Origin: an uncultured bacterium | GTDB taxonomy: Bacteria > Omnitrophota > Gorgyraeia > Zapsychrales > Aceulaceae | Length of the DNA stretch: 64,000 nucleotides | Direction: 5' to 3' | Assembly (NCBI GenBank): GCA_937930175.1 | Contig: CALGLP010000015.1 | Location: 4,174 to 68,173, forward strand | Shown here: in pieces, positions 39,898-48,493 of the stretch | Layout of the letters: each line of letters begins with the position of its first letter | Numbering within the stretch: the first letter of the stretch is position 1 | The notes under the pieces: generated by a model | The model's input: the letters and a program-made list of their open reading frames with translations, nothing else | The model's database searches: none | Told to the model about the DNA's origin: nothing | Program-made: the position numbers and the translations under genes

Positions 39898-41180
39898 GCC
39901 GTGGCCTCCGCAGAACGTCGCGTTAAACGTTTACGAAATTTAACCAAACCCACAAATCCCACAAAGGCAAAGACGTACCCAACAGTAATCAAGATACGCG
40001 CATTGGGCACATGCAGCTTGTCTGATAAAAAGGCACTGATAAACATCGCGATCAAAAATCCTAAATGCATGACAATCTCAAGCGAACTAAAAACACGGCC
40101 GCGCATTTCATCCTTGCTCACCTGATGCACAATCGTATTTGCGGCAATAAAGATTGGGCCGATAATAAGCCCCAAAAGAAACGCCAAAGCCGACGCGGTC
40201 CAAACCTGTGGGAAACGATGCACAAGGTGGGCAAATCCGGCCATGGATAAACCGCCTAAGATCAGGCAAACAAAAATAGTAAGAAACCTCGATACCTTTT
40301 GCCCAAAACGGCCGTACAGCAGCGCGCCCACAAAAAGCCCAACGCCTAAGGACACCGCCAAGAAGCCCAAGTGCTTAGTCACGCTTTGAAACGCCTCCTG
40401 AATAAAAATAATAATGACAACGTACACAGCCCCCGCCGCAGCAAAAAGCATAAAAAGCATGCCGTTCACAAACCGGATTTCTTTGTGACTAAAAAAATAA
40501 ACAATCCCCTCTTTGATCTCAACCCACAAGGATTTACGGATATTGCCGATGATCTCTTTACCAGCAGAAAGAAGCTCGTTTCTGTCCACACGCACGTCCA
40601 TGCGCTGGTCCATTGAAAAAACAAGAAGAGCGGAAATAAAAAACGTGGCCGCGTCCCAGATAAATCCTCCGCGCGCGCCGATCTTGTCCACCAACACCCC
40701 ACCAAAAGCACAGCCTAAGACAAAGGCGATCATGCCCGTAACCGACACCAAGGAGTTGGCCACAAGCAAGCTTTTCTTTTCAACCAGATCAGGAATAATG
40801 GACATCTTGGCAGGGACATAAAAGCGACTCAAGCAAAACACCAAGAAGACCACCACGTAAATAGGCAGCATCGCGTCTTGATAAATAAAAATAAGGGGAA
40901 TCGTCAAAATAAGCAAACAACGCAGGATATCGCAGAAAAAAAGCGTGTGGCGCCTGTCCCAACGGTCCACGAACGCGCCGGCCACAGGCCCGACAATAAA
41001 TACCGGGGCAATCGTAAAGGAGAGGAGTTTAGCTAAACCCATCGTGGATCCTGGGGTGCGTGCGGCGATCAAGCCGATCAAAGCCATTTGGTTGATCCGG
41101 TCGCCAAACTGGGAAACAATCTGGGCAAGCCAGAGACGGACAAAATTCTTATTTTTAAAACTGTCGATCAATTTAATCAT
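39894..41180 (-). CDS. MFS transporter
   Basis: 12-TM major-facilitator-superfamily topology. Start set at MIKLIDSF with a GGGAG ribosome-binding site. Overlaps purN by 4 nt. Confidence 0.75.
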   Translation of the reverse strand: MIKLIDSFKNKNFVRLWLAQIVSQFGDRINQMALIGLIAARTPGSTMGLAKLLSFTIAPVFIVGPVAGAFVDRWDRRHTLFFCDILRCLLILTIPLIFIYQDAMLPIYVVVFLVFCLSRFYVPAKMSIIPDLVEKKSLLVANSLVSVTGMIAFVLGCAFGGVLVDKIGARGGFIWDAATFFISALLVFSMDQRMDVRVDRNELLSAGKEIIGNIRKSLWVEIKEGIVYFFSHKEIRFVNGMLFMLFAAAGAVYVVIIIFIQEAFQSVTKHLGFLAVSLGVGLFVGALLYGRFGQKVSRFLTIFVCLILGGLSMAGFAHLVHRFPQVWTASALAFLLGLIIGPIFIAANTIVHQVSKDEMRGRVFSSLEIVMHLGFLIAMFISAFLSDKLHVPNARILITVGYVFAFVGFVGLVKFRKRLTRRSAEATA

Positions 41181-41464
41181 TGGCTCCCTGGTCGAATCTT
41201 TGGCAACATTTGGCAAGCCATTGCGCAGACGAACACACAAAAAAGGAACCCCCTTGCGCTTGCTCAACTCTCAAGACTACTGGTGCCTGGACCTGCGAAC
41301 AGCTCGCTGCTAAAAGTTTACGCTCTCAAAAAAGACGCTCCCGCCCAACAACGCCTGCTTTGGTTTGCCCAAAACTCACTTCCGCAAACCCTTCTTAAAA
41401 AATATTTGTCCAAGAAAAAAACTAGCGCTCAACTTTCCTCAGCATCTTTATTTTAAAAAAAACG

Positions 41465-41510
41465 CTACCCCCCGACACCCAACGCTGTCAACCCTGCCAC
41501 ATTTTTAAGC
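41465..41510. repeat. 42-bp direct repeat, copy 1 (CCCGACACCCAACGCTGTCAACCCTGCCACATTTTTAAGCT)
   Basis: 41 of 42 nt identical to the copy at 41679-41724, which abuts the tRNA-Thr 3' end. Confidence 0.75.
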
Positions 41511-41678
41511 TACCCCAATTCTCCATCATTTTGGATCAACAGAAATCGGGACACTTCGATCACTCCACATTCTTTATTTTGGAAGATCGAAGCGGCGAGA
41601 GGAATCGACGCCAACTCTTCTGCCGTTTATTTTTGGAAAGAAGTTGGCACCCCGCTTTCCTTTTTATTCTGGAAAAAG

Positions 41679-41724
41679 CGGGGACCCCCGACACTCAACG
41701 CTGTCAACCCTGCCACATTTTTAA
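41679..41724. repeat. 42-bp direct repeat, copy 2, immediately adjacent to the tRNA-Thr 3' end
   Basis: See copy 1. A 19-nt fragment AAGCGGCGAGAGGAATCGA at about 41589-41607 duplicates the tRNA-Thr 3' end plus trailer. Confidence 0.75.
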
Positions 41725-41796
41725 GCTGGCGAGAGGAATCGAACCCCCGACCCGCGCATTACGAATGCGCTGCTCTACCAACTGAGCTACGCCAGC
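41724..41796 (-). tRNA. tRNA-Thr (anticodon CGU)
   Basis: Reverse complement is GCTGGCGTAGCTCAGTTGGTAGAGCAGCGCATTCGTAATGCGCGGGTCGGGGGTTCGATTCCTCTCGCCAGCT, which folds as a cloverleaf. CCA is not encoded. Confidence 0.85.
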
Positions 41797-42103
41797 AAAT
41801 TACCCTAAAATCTTTTATCCAAAAAATTTGCCAGTCCACGCCGACCTCTTTGCTCAAATTAGTGACGGCGAGGGCGCTAGCACATTTCCTTAAAAATCTT
41901 TTCTCTAAAAAAGTTTGCCAATGCCGACTACTTCTGAGATTCTCTAACAACGTCGGCGAATCAACAATTCTCCTAAAATTCCTCCAACCAGATTCGGCTC
42001 GCCAGCACAATGACCTTGCATTCTTTTATGTAAAAAGATTTTGCTGAGTCTTGCGAAGCTCCCACTGCAAATTCTAGAGCAAAGAAGGACCAACAAATTT
42101 CCC

Positions 42104-42793
42104 TTAATCTCCTGCATGGACTGCAAGAGGCGGCGCAAGAAGACGAGCCGGCTTGGCCGCACTCATCTTTCCTCCACTGCGCAATGCTTCCTGTTCAGCC
42201 AACGATGTGTCGAACGTAGAGCTACCCTGCAACGTTTCAAGCATCCCGCGTCCACAAACAGGGGCATAAAAACGCCCTTCATCGTACTGATCCCCCTTAG
42301 GATTCATCAAATACAGATATCCTTTTTGCCCAACTTGAAAAGAGGGCGTCCCGGAAACCCCCGTGCATATTCCCCCTGCACATCCACCCGCCATCTTAAG
42401 AGTCAAGATATCTTTTCCTTGTCCCTTCACGTATTGAGCAACATGAATGTCAACATACGTATGAACCCATGCCACTGTGCCATTTTTCTTGGTTTCCTTT
42501 GCTTCTATCTTGATCACTTCACCTTGGATAATCACATCTGCCTTGTCTACCACAGCGCTCATATGAACACAATCCAACACAGGCCTTAGAGCAGCATTAT
42601 TTGACCCATCCTTGGCATGTTCGACCTCTCTTTTGGGCACTTCATACATGGCGCTATCCTTTGGCGCTTGGGTGGTACGATCAGCATCCATTTGTGGGAT
42701 AGAAACGATGTCTTGGCTTTCCGAGGCTGCCATTCCCGTAACGACAACTGACAAAGAACCAAAAAGAATCAAAAAAATAAAAATTCTTATCAT
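42104..42793 (-). CDS. Hypothetical secreted protein (sits between two tRNA genes)
   Basis: Signal peptide MIRIFIFLILFGSLSVVVTGMAA. No recognisable domain. The start is uncertain. Confidence 0.45.
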   Translation of the reverse strand: MIRIFIFLILFGSLSVVVTGMAASESQDIVSIPQMDADRTTQAPKDSAMYEVPKREVEHAKDGSNNAALRPVLDCVHMSAVVDKADVIIQGEVIKIEAKETKKNGTVAWVHTYVDIHVAQYVKGQGKDILTLKMAGGCAGGICTGVSGTPSFQVGQKGYLYLMNPKGDQYDEGRFYAPVCGRGMLETLQGSSTFDTSLAEQEALRSGGKMSAAKPARLLAPPLAVHAGD

Positions 42794-42902
42794 GTTTTTA
42801 CAGCTCATAAAATAAAAAATGCCACACTGTTGTTCCTGGCCTGCGTTCAAAGGTCGACAGTAGGGCACGTGCTATCTCCCAAAAAATGGATTTCATAAAA
42901 AA

Positions 42903-42975
42903 GTGCCGAGGCCCAGAATTGAACTGGGGACGCAAGGCTTTTCAGGCCTTCGCTCTACCAACTGAGCTACCTCGG
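42903..42975 (-). tRNA. tRNA-Phe (anticodon GAA)
   Basis: Reverse complement is GCCGAGGTAGCTCAGTTGGTAGAGCGAAGGCCTGAAAAGCCTTGCGTCCCCAGTTCAATTCTGGGCCTCGGCA. CCA is not encoded. Confidence 0.9.
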
Positions 42976-43302
42976 CATAAATCCTTTTCTCTTCTCAAAA
43001 CCAGACAGCCTAAGATCCAGCACTCACCTTAACTGCTCCGACGTTTGAGTCGGAGTCCCGACTTCTCTGAACAGGGGAACATCGGGAAGCTACCGCGGCA
43101 ATCAAAATGGCTATATCTTAATGAAATACCCATTGTACCAAAGTTCTCTGACTTGTCAACCGCGTTAGAGAACGTGCCCACAACACTATCTTCATTCCGC
43201 AAGGCAAATGCTCTTCTTCCCTGTTATTTCAAGACCACTGGTACGCTATTCTCTAACGTGGTCAACGGCAGGATCTTGTCTTTAAACATTGACGCACGCG
43301 CC

Positions 43303-43704
43303 TTATTGACTCGCGCGATTCTTGATCTTCATAAAGACATCTTGAGCGATTTCAATCGATGGAAGCATATTTTTACGCGCCTTCACCCGTAAACGCACTT
43401 CCCGTGAGGAGATCTGCGACATATCAACATTCACTCGCGCACCGTTCACCGTGGCGTCAAGGGTCCCCAGCTTATAATCTTTTCGCTTAACATCTCCCAT
43501 AATACCCATGACCTCTGTGGCCGCATCCCAAATCGTATCATAATCCACTTCGGCCTCTCCCTCAACGGTGTCACGGCTAATGGCGTAGCCACCTAACGCA
43601 CCTACACCACCAGCCACAAGATAGACACAGCCCGAGCTAAGCAAGCATCCCACACAAGCCATGATAAAAAAGAAAATCTTTCCGGCCTTTATCCCTCGCC
43701 CCAT
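43303..43704 (-). CDS. DUF3568-like lipoprotein
   Basis: Lipobox LLSSGC, then VYLVAGGVGALGGYAISRDTVEGE...YDTIWDAATEV.... Confidence 0.6.
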   Translation of the reverse strand: MGRGIKAGKIFFFIMACVGCLLSSGCVYLVAGGVGALGGYAISRDTVEGEAEVDYDTIWDAATEVMGIMGDVKRKDYKLGTLDATVNGARVNVDMSQISSREVRLRVKARKNMLPSIEIAQDVFMKIKNRASQ

Positions 43705-43783
43705 CCCATCCTCGCCTTTTTCAAAAACATTCTTAAGAAGCGCTCTATCCTGACCACCAAACTTTTTCTGAACCTCAAGACCT

Positions 43784-43813
43784 GGGCCTTTAAGCGCCAG
43801 CGCTTAAAGGCCC
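43784..43813. terminator. Strong hairpin (perfect 14-bp stem GGGCCTTTAAGCGC-cag-GCGCTTAAAGGCCC) followed on the + strand by TCTTTTTTTATTTT
   Basis: Seen directly. Lies between the hppA stop and the lipoprotein gene. Orientation is ambiguous. Confidence 0.45.
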
Positions 43814-43874
43814 ACTTCCTTCTTTTTTTATTTTACCTTCTCCCTCAATCTTTGTCGACTCTATCTTCAAAGAA

Positions 43875-45968
43875 TTATTTAACTAACGCATTCTTGACCA
43901 CCCAAGCCACGGTCACGATCGACACCATAGACATGAGCTTGATCAAAATATTCATTGCCGGTCCTGAGGTATCTTTAAACGGATCTCCAACGGTATCACC
44001 GACAACAGCCGCTTTATGTGCCGCTGACCCCTTGCCGCCAAGATTACCTTCTTCAATATATTTCTTAGCATTATCCCAAGCCCCGCCGCTATTAGCCATC
44101 ATAACGGCCAACACAAATCCCGACGCGGTTGCCCCGATCAAAAGACCGCCGGCAGCACTCGTACCTAAGAAAAACCCGGTAATCACCGGAACCAGGATCG
44201 CCAACAGCGATGGAACAATCATTTCTTTTTGTGCGGCCGCGGTCACGATCTTGACACAGCTCGCATAATCAGGCTTCGCTGTTCCTTCCATCAATCCCTT
44301 AATTTCTTTAAATTGACGTCGCACCTCCACCACAATCTTGCTTCCCGCACGACCCACCGCACTCATCGTTAAAGCAGCAAAAATAAAAGGCATCATGGTT
44401 CCCAAAAAAAGACCAATCAACACAAGCGGAGATAACAAATCCAAAACCATATTCCCGCCGTTTGCGATAACCGAGGCTTTATACGCTGAGATCAAGGCAA
44501 GCGCTGTTAACGCCGCTGAGCCGATGGCAAACCCTTTTCCCGTCGCTGCTGTTGTATTACCCAAAGAATCTAAGGCATCTGTTCGTTTGCGTACTTCCGG
44601 CCCTAAGTGAGCCATTTCCGCATTTCCACCAGCGTTATCAGCAACAGGGCCATAAGCATCTGTCGCCAAGGTAATGCCAAGGGTGCTCAACATTCCCACC
44701 GCCGCAATACCAATACCATAAATACCTCGGTCCGCTGACACAAGCCCGCCTGCAATCACATAGCTTAACCCAATCGCCACGCTCACCACTACCACAGGAA
44801 CCACCGTTGACATCATCCCTGTCGAAAGACCGCCAATAATGATCGTCGCTGGTCCCGTCAATGATGTTTGCGATAGCTCCTTCACAGGACGATAGCTTGA
44901 AGAAGTAAAGTATTCTGTGGCTAACCCAATAATAATACCCGCACCCAAACCAATGATAACCGACCAGGCCAGGCCCATGTTCTCTTTACCCAAAACAAGC
45001 CAAACAATCACAAACGTCATCACCGCCGTAATCGCTGAGGCGCTAAAGACACCTTTGCGCAAAGCTAGCAACAACGCACCCTGGGTTGCTTCTTCCCCTG
45101 ATTTAACAAAAAAAGTACCAATAATCGACGCCAAGATCCCCACCCCTGCGAGCACAAAAGGAAGGCTAAACCCTGCAAATCCTAAATTGGCCGTAACCCC
45201 TAAAGTCGCCGCAGCCACAATAGAGCCCACATACGATTCGTAAAGATCCGCACCCATACCCGCCACATCACCGACGTTATCCCCGACGTTATCGGCAATG
45301 GTTGCGGGATTACGGGGATCATCTTCCGGAATACCGGCTTCTACTTTTCCAACCAAATCCGCGCCCACATCCGCGCCCTTGGTAAAGATCCCGCCACCGA
45401 CTCTTGCGAAAAGAGCCTGAAAACTTGCGCCCATACCAAACGTCAACATGGTTGTCGCGATCGTCGAAATCTTATCGATCCCAATTGCCTGAGGATTCAC
45501 ATGATAGTACCAATTAAGCGAAAAATACCATACACTTAGATCTAAAAGCCCAAATCCCACAACAATGAGCCCCATAATACTTCCCGACGAAAACGCAATG
45601 CGCAAGCCATCGCTGAGACTTGTTCGGCACGCGCTCGCGGTACGCGAGGACGCGCTGGTCGCGACATTCATCCCGCAATAACCGCAGAGTCCAGAGAAAA
45701 AACCACCGGAAAGAAACGCAAAAGGGACAAAAAGTGTCAGATATCCCTGAAGAGCCAACACAAAAAGGATCGTAAAGACCCCGCCAAAAACAAGGGCAAC
45801 AATTTTATATTGCCGTGACAAATACGCCTGTGCCCCCTCTTTAACCGCATTTGCGATTTCCTTCATCTTGTCAGTGCCTTCATCTTTTTTCATGATGTTC
45901 ACTGCCAAATATAAAGCAAATCCCAAAGCGGAAAGAGCGCATAATGGAACCAAATTTAATAAATTCAT
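43875..45968 (-). CDS. hppA: Membrane-bound H+/Na+-translocating pyrophosphatase
   Basis: 697 aa, 16-TM-type sequence with the conserved GGG(I/L)FTKGADVGADLVGKVE and DNVGDNVGD motifs. Confidence 0.9.
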   Translation of the reverse strand: MNLLNLVPLCALSALGFALYLAVNIMKKDEGTDKMKEIANAVKEGAQAYLSRQYKIVALVFGGVFTILFVLALQGYLTLFVPFAFLSGGFFSGLCGYCGMNVATSASSRTASACRTSLSDGLRIAFSSGSIMGLIVVGFGLLDLSVWYFSLNWYYHVNPQAIGIDKISTIATTMLTFGMGASFQALFARVGGGIFTKGADVGADLVGKVEAGIPEDDPRNPATIADNVGDNVGDVAGMGADLYESYVGSIVAAATLGVTANLGFAGFSLPFVLAGVGILASIIGTFFVKSGEEATQGALLLALRKGVFSASAITAVMTFVIVWLVLGKENMGLAWSVIIGLGAGIIIGLATEYFTSSSYRPVKELSQTSLTGPATIIIGGLSTGMMSTVVPVVVVSVAIGLSYVIAGGLVSADRGIYGIGIAAVGMLSTLGITLATDAYGPVADNAGGNAEMAHLGPEVRKRTDALDSLGNTTAATGKGFAIGSAALTALALISAYKASVIANGGNMVLDLLSPLVLIGLFLGTMMPFIFAALTMSAVGRAGSKIVVEVRRQFKEIKGLMEGTAKPDYASCVKIVTAAAQKEMIVPSLLAILVPVITGFFLGTSAAGGLLIGATASGFVLAVMMANSGGAWDNAKKYIEEGNLGGKGSAAHKAAVVGDTVGDPFKDTSGPAMNILIKLMSMVSIVTVAWVVKNALVK

Positions 45969-46112
45969 GAATTCTCCTCCCTTTGATTATTGTTGGTTAA
46001 ATGTCTAGTGGCCCTTGCTTGGACTTTTTCCATGCCGAGCTTTTTTTGAACGCCAACTGAGTTTTCCTCGTCTTTGTCTTTTACCCATGTGTTCCTTCTC
46101 CTTTCAATGACC

Positions 46113-46277
46113 TTAATCGCGGGCAATCGTCATCATCACCAATCCAACAATAGCGATGAGGATCCCTATGGTTCCTTTAAATAAAACAACTGTTTCTGAC
46201 CAAAACCGTAAAATCAGGCTAAGACCGGCTATGAGCGCAACAAGCCCCAGCAGCCCCAAAGCTATCTTCTTCATCAT
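46113..46277 (-). CDS. Possible small two-TM membrane protein (54 aa), upstream of hppA
   Basis: MMKKIALGLLGLVALIAGLSLILRFWSETVVLFKGTIGILIAIVGLVMMTIARD, with a GAGG ribosome-binding site. Below the ORF-track size cutoff. Overlaps the 3' end of the lpxL-like ORF by about 59 nt. Confidence 0.3.
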   Translation of the reverse strand: MMKKIALGLLGLVALIAGLSLILRFWSETVVLFKGTIGILIAIVGLVMMTIARD

Positions 46278-47217
46278 GGACCTCTATTTTTGGACGTGTT
46301 TTCCATCGTCGATGCATCCATCCCCATTCTTGAGGATAACGCCGAATATACGTTTCAATAATATGCGTAATGCGCGCCACATTATGTTCAATCGTTTGTT
46401 GATCGTTTTCTTTGGACTCAAGCATAAGCGCGGGCTCGATCATAATTTTATTAGTGTCATCGCTCTGGCGCACCATAAAAATCGGCACAATCGGCGAGCC
46501 TTCTTTCATGGCAAAAAGAACCGGGCCTGTCGCGGTTGCGGCCTTTTCACCAAAAAATTCAACAAAAACCCCAGTCCCGCTTCCAAAATTCTGATCCAAA
46601 GGAATAAAAAGAAGTTCATTATTACGCAAGGCTTTAAACGACTCCATCACGCATTGTTTTCGCGGATGCGCATAAATAACATGAAGCCCTAACGCTGTAC
46701 GCTTTTTCTGAAAATGTTCTTCAATCTTTTCATCGCGTGGTCGACGCACAATAGCCTTGGTCGCATACCCTTCCTGCGCAAGACGAAGAAGCATGAGGGG
46801 AAAATTACCAAAATGAGCGCTCACCAAAACAACACCCTTACCTTGACTAAGCGCTGCATCCAAATGCTCTTTTCCAACAAAAGAGACCTTTTCTTTGATC
46901 ATCTTTGGATGCGCCATAAAATAAATGAGTTCAATAATGCCCTTGCCTAAATTCACAAAACAATTCTTAAGAATCTTTTGTATTTCTTGGGATGTTTTCT
47001 CTTGCCCCAAAGCAAACTCTAGGCTTTCTTGGGCCATCTTTTTCTGACGAACAAGAGTCATAAGACCAAGGGAAATCAAAAAACCCGTGACAGCGCGCAC
47101 CATTCGATAAGGAAGCCGCACCAAAACAAAACTTGTGCCATAAAGCGCATAACGCGCCGCAGATCGCCGCATCTTCTTGCTATACTCATTTATAAGCATC
47201 AAAAACGACCTAACCAT
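46219..47217 (-). CDS. lpxL: Lipid A biosynthesis late acyltransferase (LpxL/HtrB family)
   Basis: Lysophospholipid-acyltransferase-family sequence with HFGNFP (matching the HFGNWE box) and C-terminal YPQEWGWMHRRWK. Confidence 0.75.
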   Translation of the reverse strand: MVRSFLMLINEYSKKMRRSAARYALYGTSFVLVRLPYRMVRAVTGFLISLGLMTLVRQKKMAQESLEFALGQEKTSQEIQKILKNCFVNLGKGIIELIYFMAHPKMIKEKVSFVGKEHLDAALSQGKGVVLVSAHFGNFPLMLLRLAQEGYATKAIVRRPRDEKIEEHFQKKRTALGLHVIYAHPRKQCVMESFKALRNNELLFIPLDQNFGSGTGVFVEFFGEKAATATGPVLFAMKEGSPIVPIFMVRQSDDTNKIMIEPALMLESKENDQQTIEHNVARITHIIETYIRRYPQEWGWMHRRWKTRPKIEVHDEEDSFGAAGACCAHSRS

Positions 47218-47700
47218 TATCGTTTATATCCTAATGTCCTTAATAAAGATTTTCGCCATGAAACATCCTCATGATCTTCGACACCCTTAGGGCTCAACCC
47301 ATCGATCACGCCTAAAATCCCTCGCCCCTCGCCGTTATCCGCCACGATGACTTCCAGTGGATTCGCCGTCGCGGCAAAGATCGTGCAGACTTCTTGAATA
47401 CCCTTAATATGATTAAGAATTTGGATCGGAAATGCTTTGGCCAAGGCAATCACAAAAACATGCCCCGCAGCAATCAGCGTGGCATTTTCCATCGCGACCT
47501 TTTTCATTTCTTCATCATTACCTTCCAGGCGTATTTTACAAGCCCCAGAGGCTTCACAAAACGCAATGCCAAACGGGCTCCCAGGGACCAAACTAACAAT
47601 TCCCTCATAAAGATCTTCCACCGTCTTAATAAAATGCGCCTGCCCAACAATCACATTAACATTTTCGGGTTTTTTGATTTTAACAGATTTGATTTCCATT
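47217..47700 (-). CDS. Adenosine-specific-kinase-like protein (PF04008-like)
   Basis: VIVGQAHFIKTVEDLYEGIVSLVPG...FGIAFCEASG...IAAGHVFVIALAKAFPIQILNHIKG...IFAATANPLEVIVA...GRGILGVIDG. Start set at the ATG MEIKSV; the track ORF begins at an upstream TTG. Confidence 0.5.
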
Positions 47701-47718
47701 CGCTGTCCTTGTGATCGA

Positions 47719-48087
47719 TTACGCCGGAAACACCTTCTGAACAAGAGAGATCAGCTGGGACAAATCAATAGGCTTAGTAATATGGGCAATAGCGCCGGCC
47801 GCAAGCTCTGCCTTGACATCATCAGGAGAATGCTTCGCGGTTAAAAAAACAACAGGAATATCCTTTGTCTTTTCATTTTCTTTTAATTTCAAGCAAACCT
47901 GCCGACCCTTCATCCCTGGCAAGATCACATCCAAAAGAATAAGATCAATCGGTGCGCTTTGCGCCATAGCAAGCCCGGCTTCACCCGTATTAGCCGAAAG
48001 GACACGATACCCTTTGATAGCCAAGCCCGTCTCAAGCATCTTGACTAAACCTTTGTCATCGTCGACAACCAAAATTGTTTTTGGCAT
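47719..48087 (-). CDS. Single-domain response regulator (CheY-like receiver)
   Basis: MPKTILVVDDDKG...DLILLDVILPGMKG...LTAK. GGGAGGG ribosome-binding site. Confidence 0.8.
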   Translation of the reverse strand: MPKTILVVDDDKGLVKMLETGLAIKGYRVLSANTGEAGLAMAQSAPIDLILLDVILPGMKGRQVCLKLKENEKTKDIPVVFLTAKHSPDDVKAELAAGAIAHITKPIDLSQLISLVQKVFPA

Positions 48088-48109
48088 ACAACGCCCTCCC
48101 TTTCTTTCC

Positions 48110-48493
48110 TTAGGCAGCTTTAGCCTTAAACTTAAAAACAAAAAGATAGATCACAAGCAAAGCATAAATACCCAATCCAAGCGGTAGGGGATCTGCTTTT
48201 ACGCAACAGGTTGAACCAAACGATGTCAACATCAAAGCAATGATTAAGGTGGCAAGTCCAGCCGCAAGATGCAAAAATTTTGTTGTGGGGCGACTACGTA
48301 ACCCTGCGAAACCTGCTAAAAGATAAAGAACCGCCAAGAGGCTTAAAATAATAACGATCGGTGATTTTGCCAAAAGGCCACCCTTATTAGCGATATCCGT
48401 AATCATCACCGGAACGGTAAACAACAAAATGCGTGCCGAAACAACAATCTCGCACCATAAAAAAACTGTTTGCAGGATCGATTTATTGTTCAT
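48110..48493 (-). CDS. Small membrane protein (4 TM), hypothetical
   Basis: Hydrophobic throughout. Overlaps lnt by 4 nt, consistent with an operon. Confidence 0.45.
   Translation of the reverse strand: MNNKSILQTVFLWCEIVVSARILLFTVPVMITDIANKGGLLAKSPIVIILSLLAVLYLLAGFAGLRSRPTTKFLHLAAGLATLIIALMLTSFGSTCCVKADPLPLGLGIYALLVIYLFVFKFKAKAA

Noticed and set aside
42976-43302. tmRNA, RNase P RNA, SRP RNA or 6S RNA adjacent to tRNA-Phe
   Set aside because: I could not find the conserved RNase P (GGAAAGTCCGGGCTCC), SRP (GGTGCTGTTTACCAGGTCAGGTCCGGAAGGAAGCAGCC) or tmRNA tag or tRNA-like signatures on either strand by eye. Kept only as a generic sRNA candidate.
43045-43392. Track ORF 43045..43392 (+), 115 aa
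   Set aside because: It overlaps in antisense a DUF3568-type lipoprotein gene that has a lipobox and family-like sequence, and its own translation has no recognisable features.
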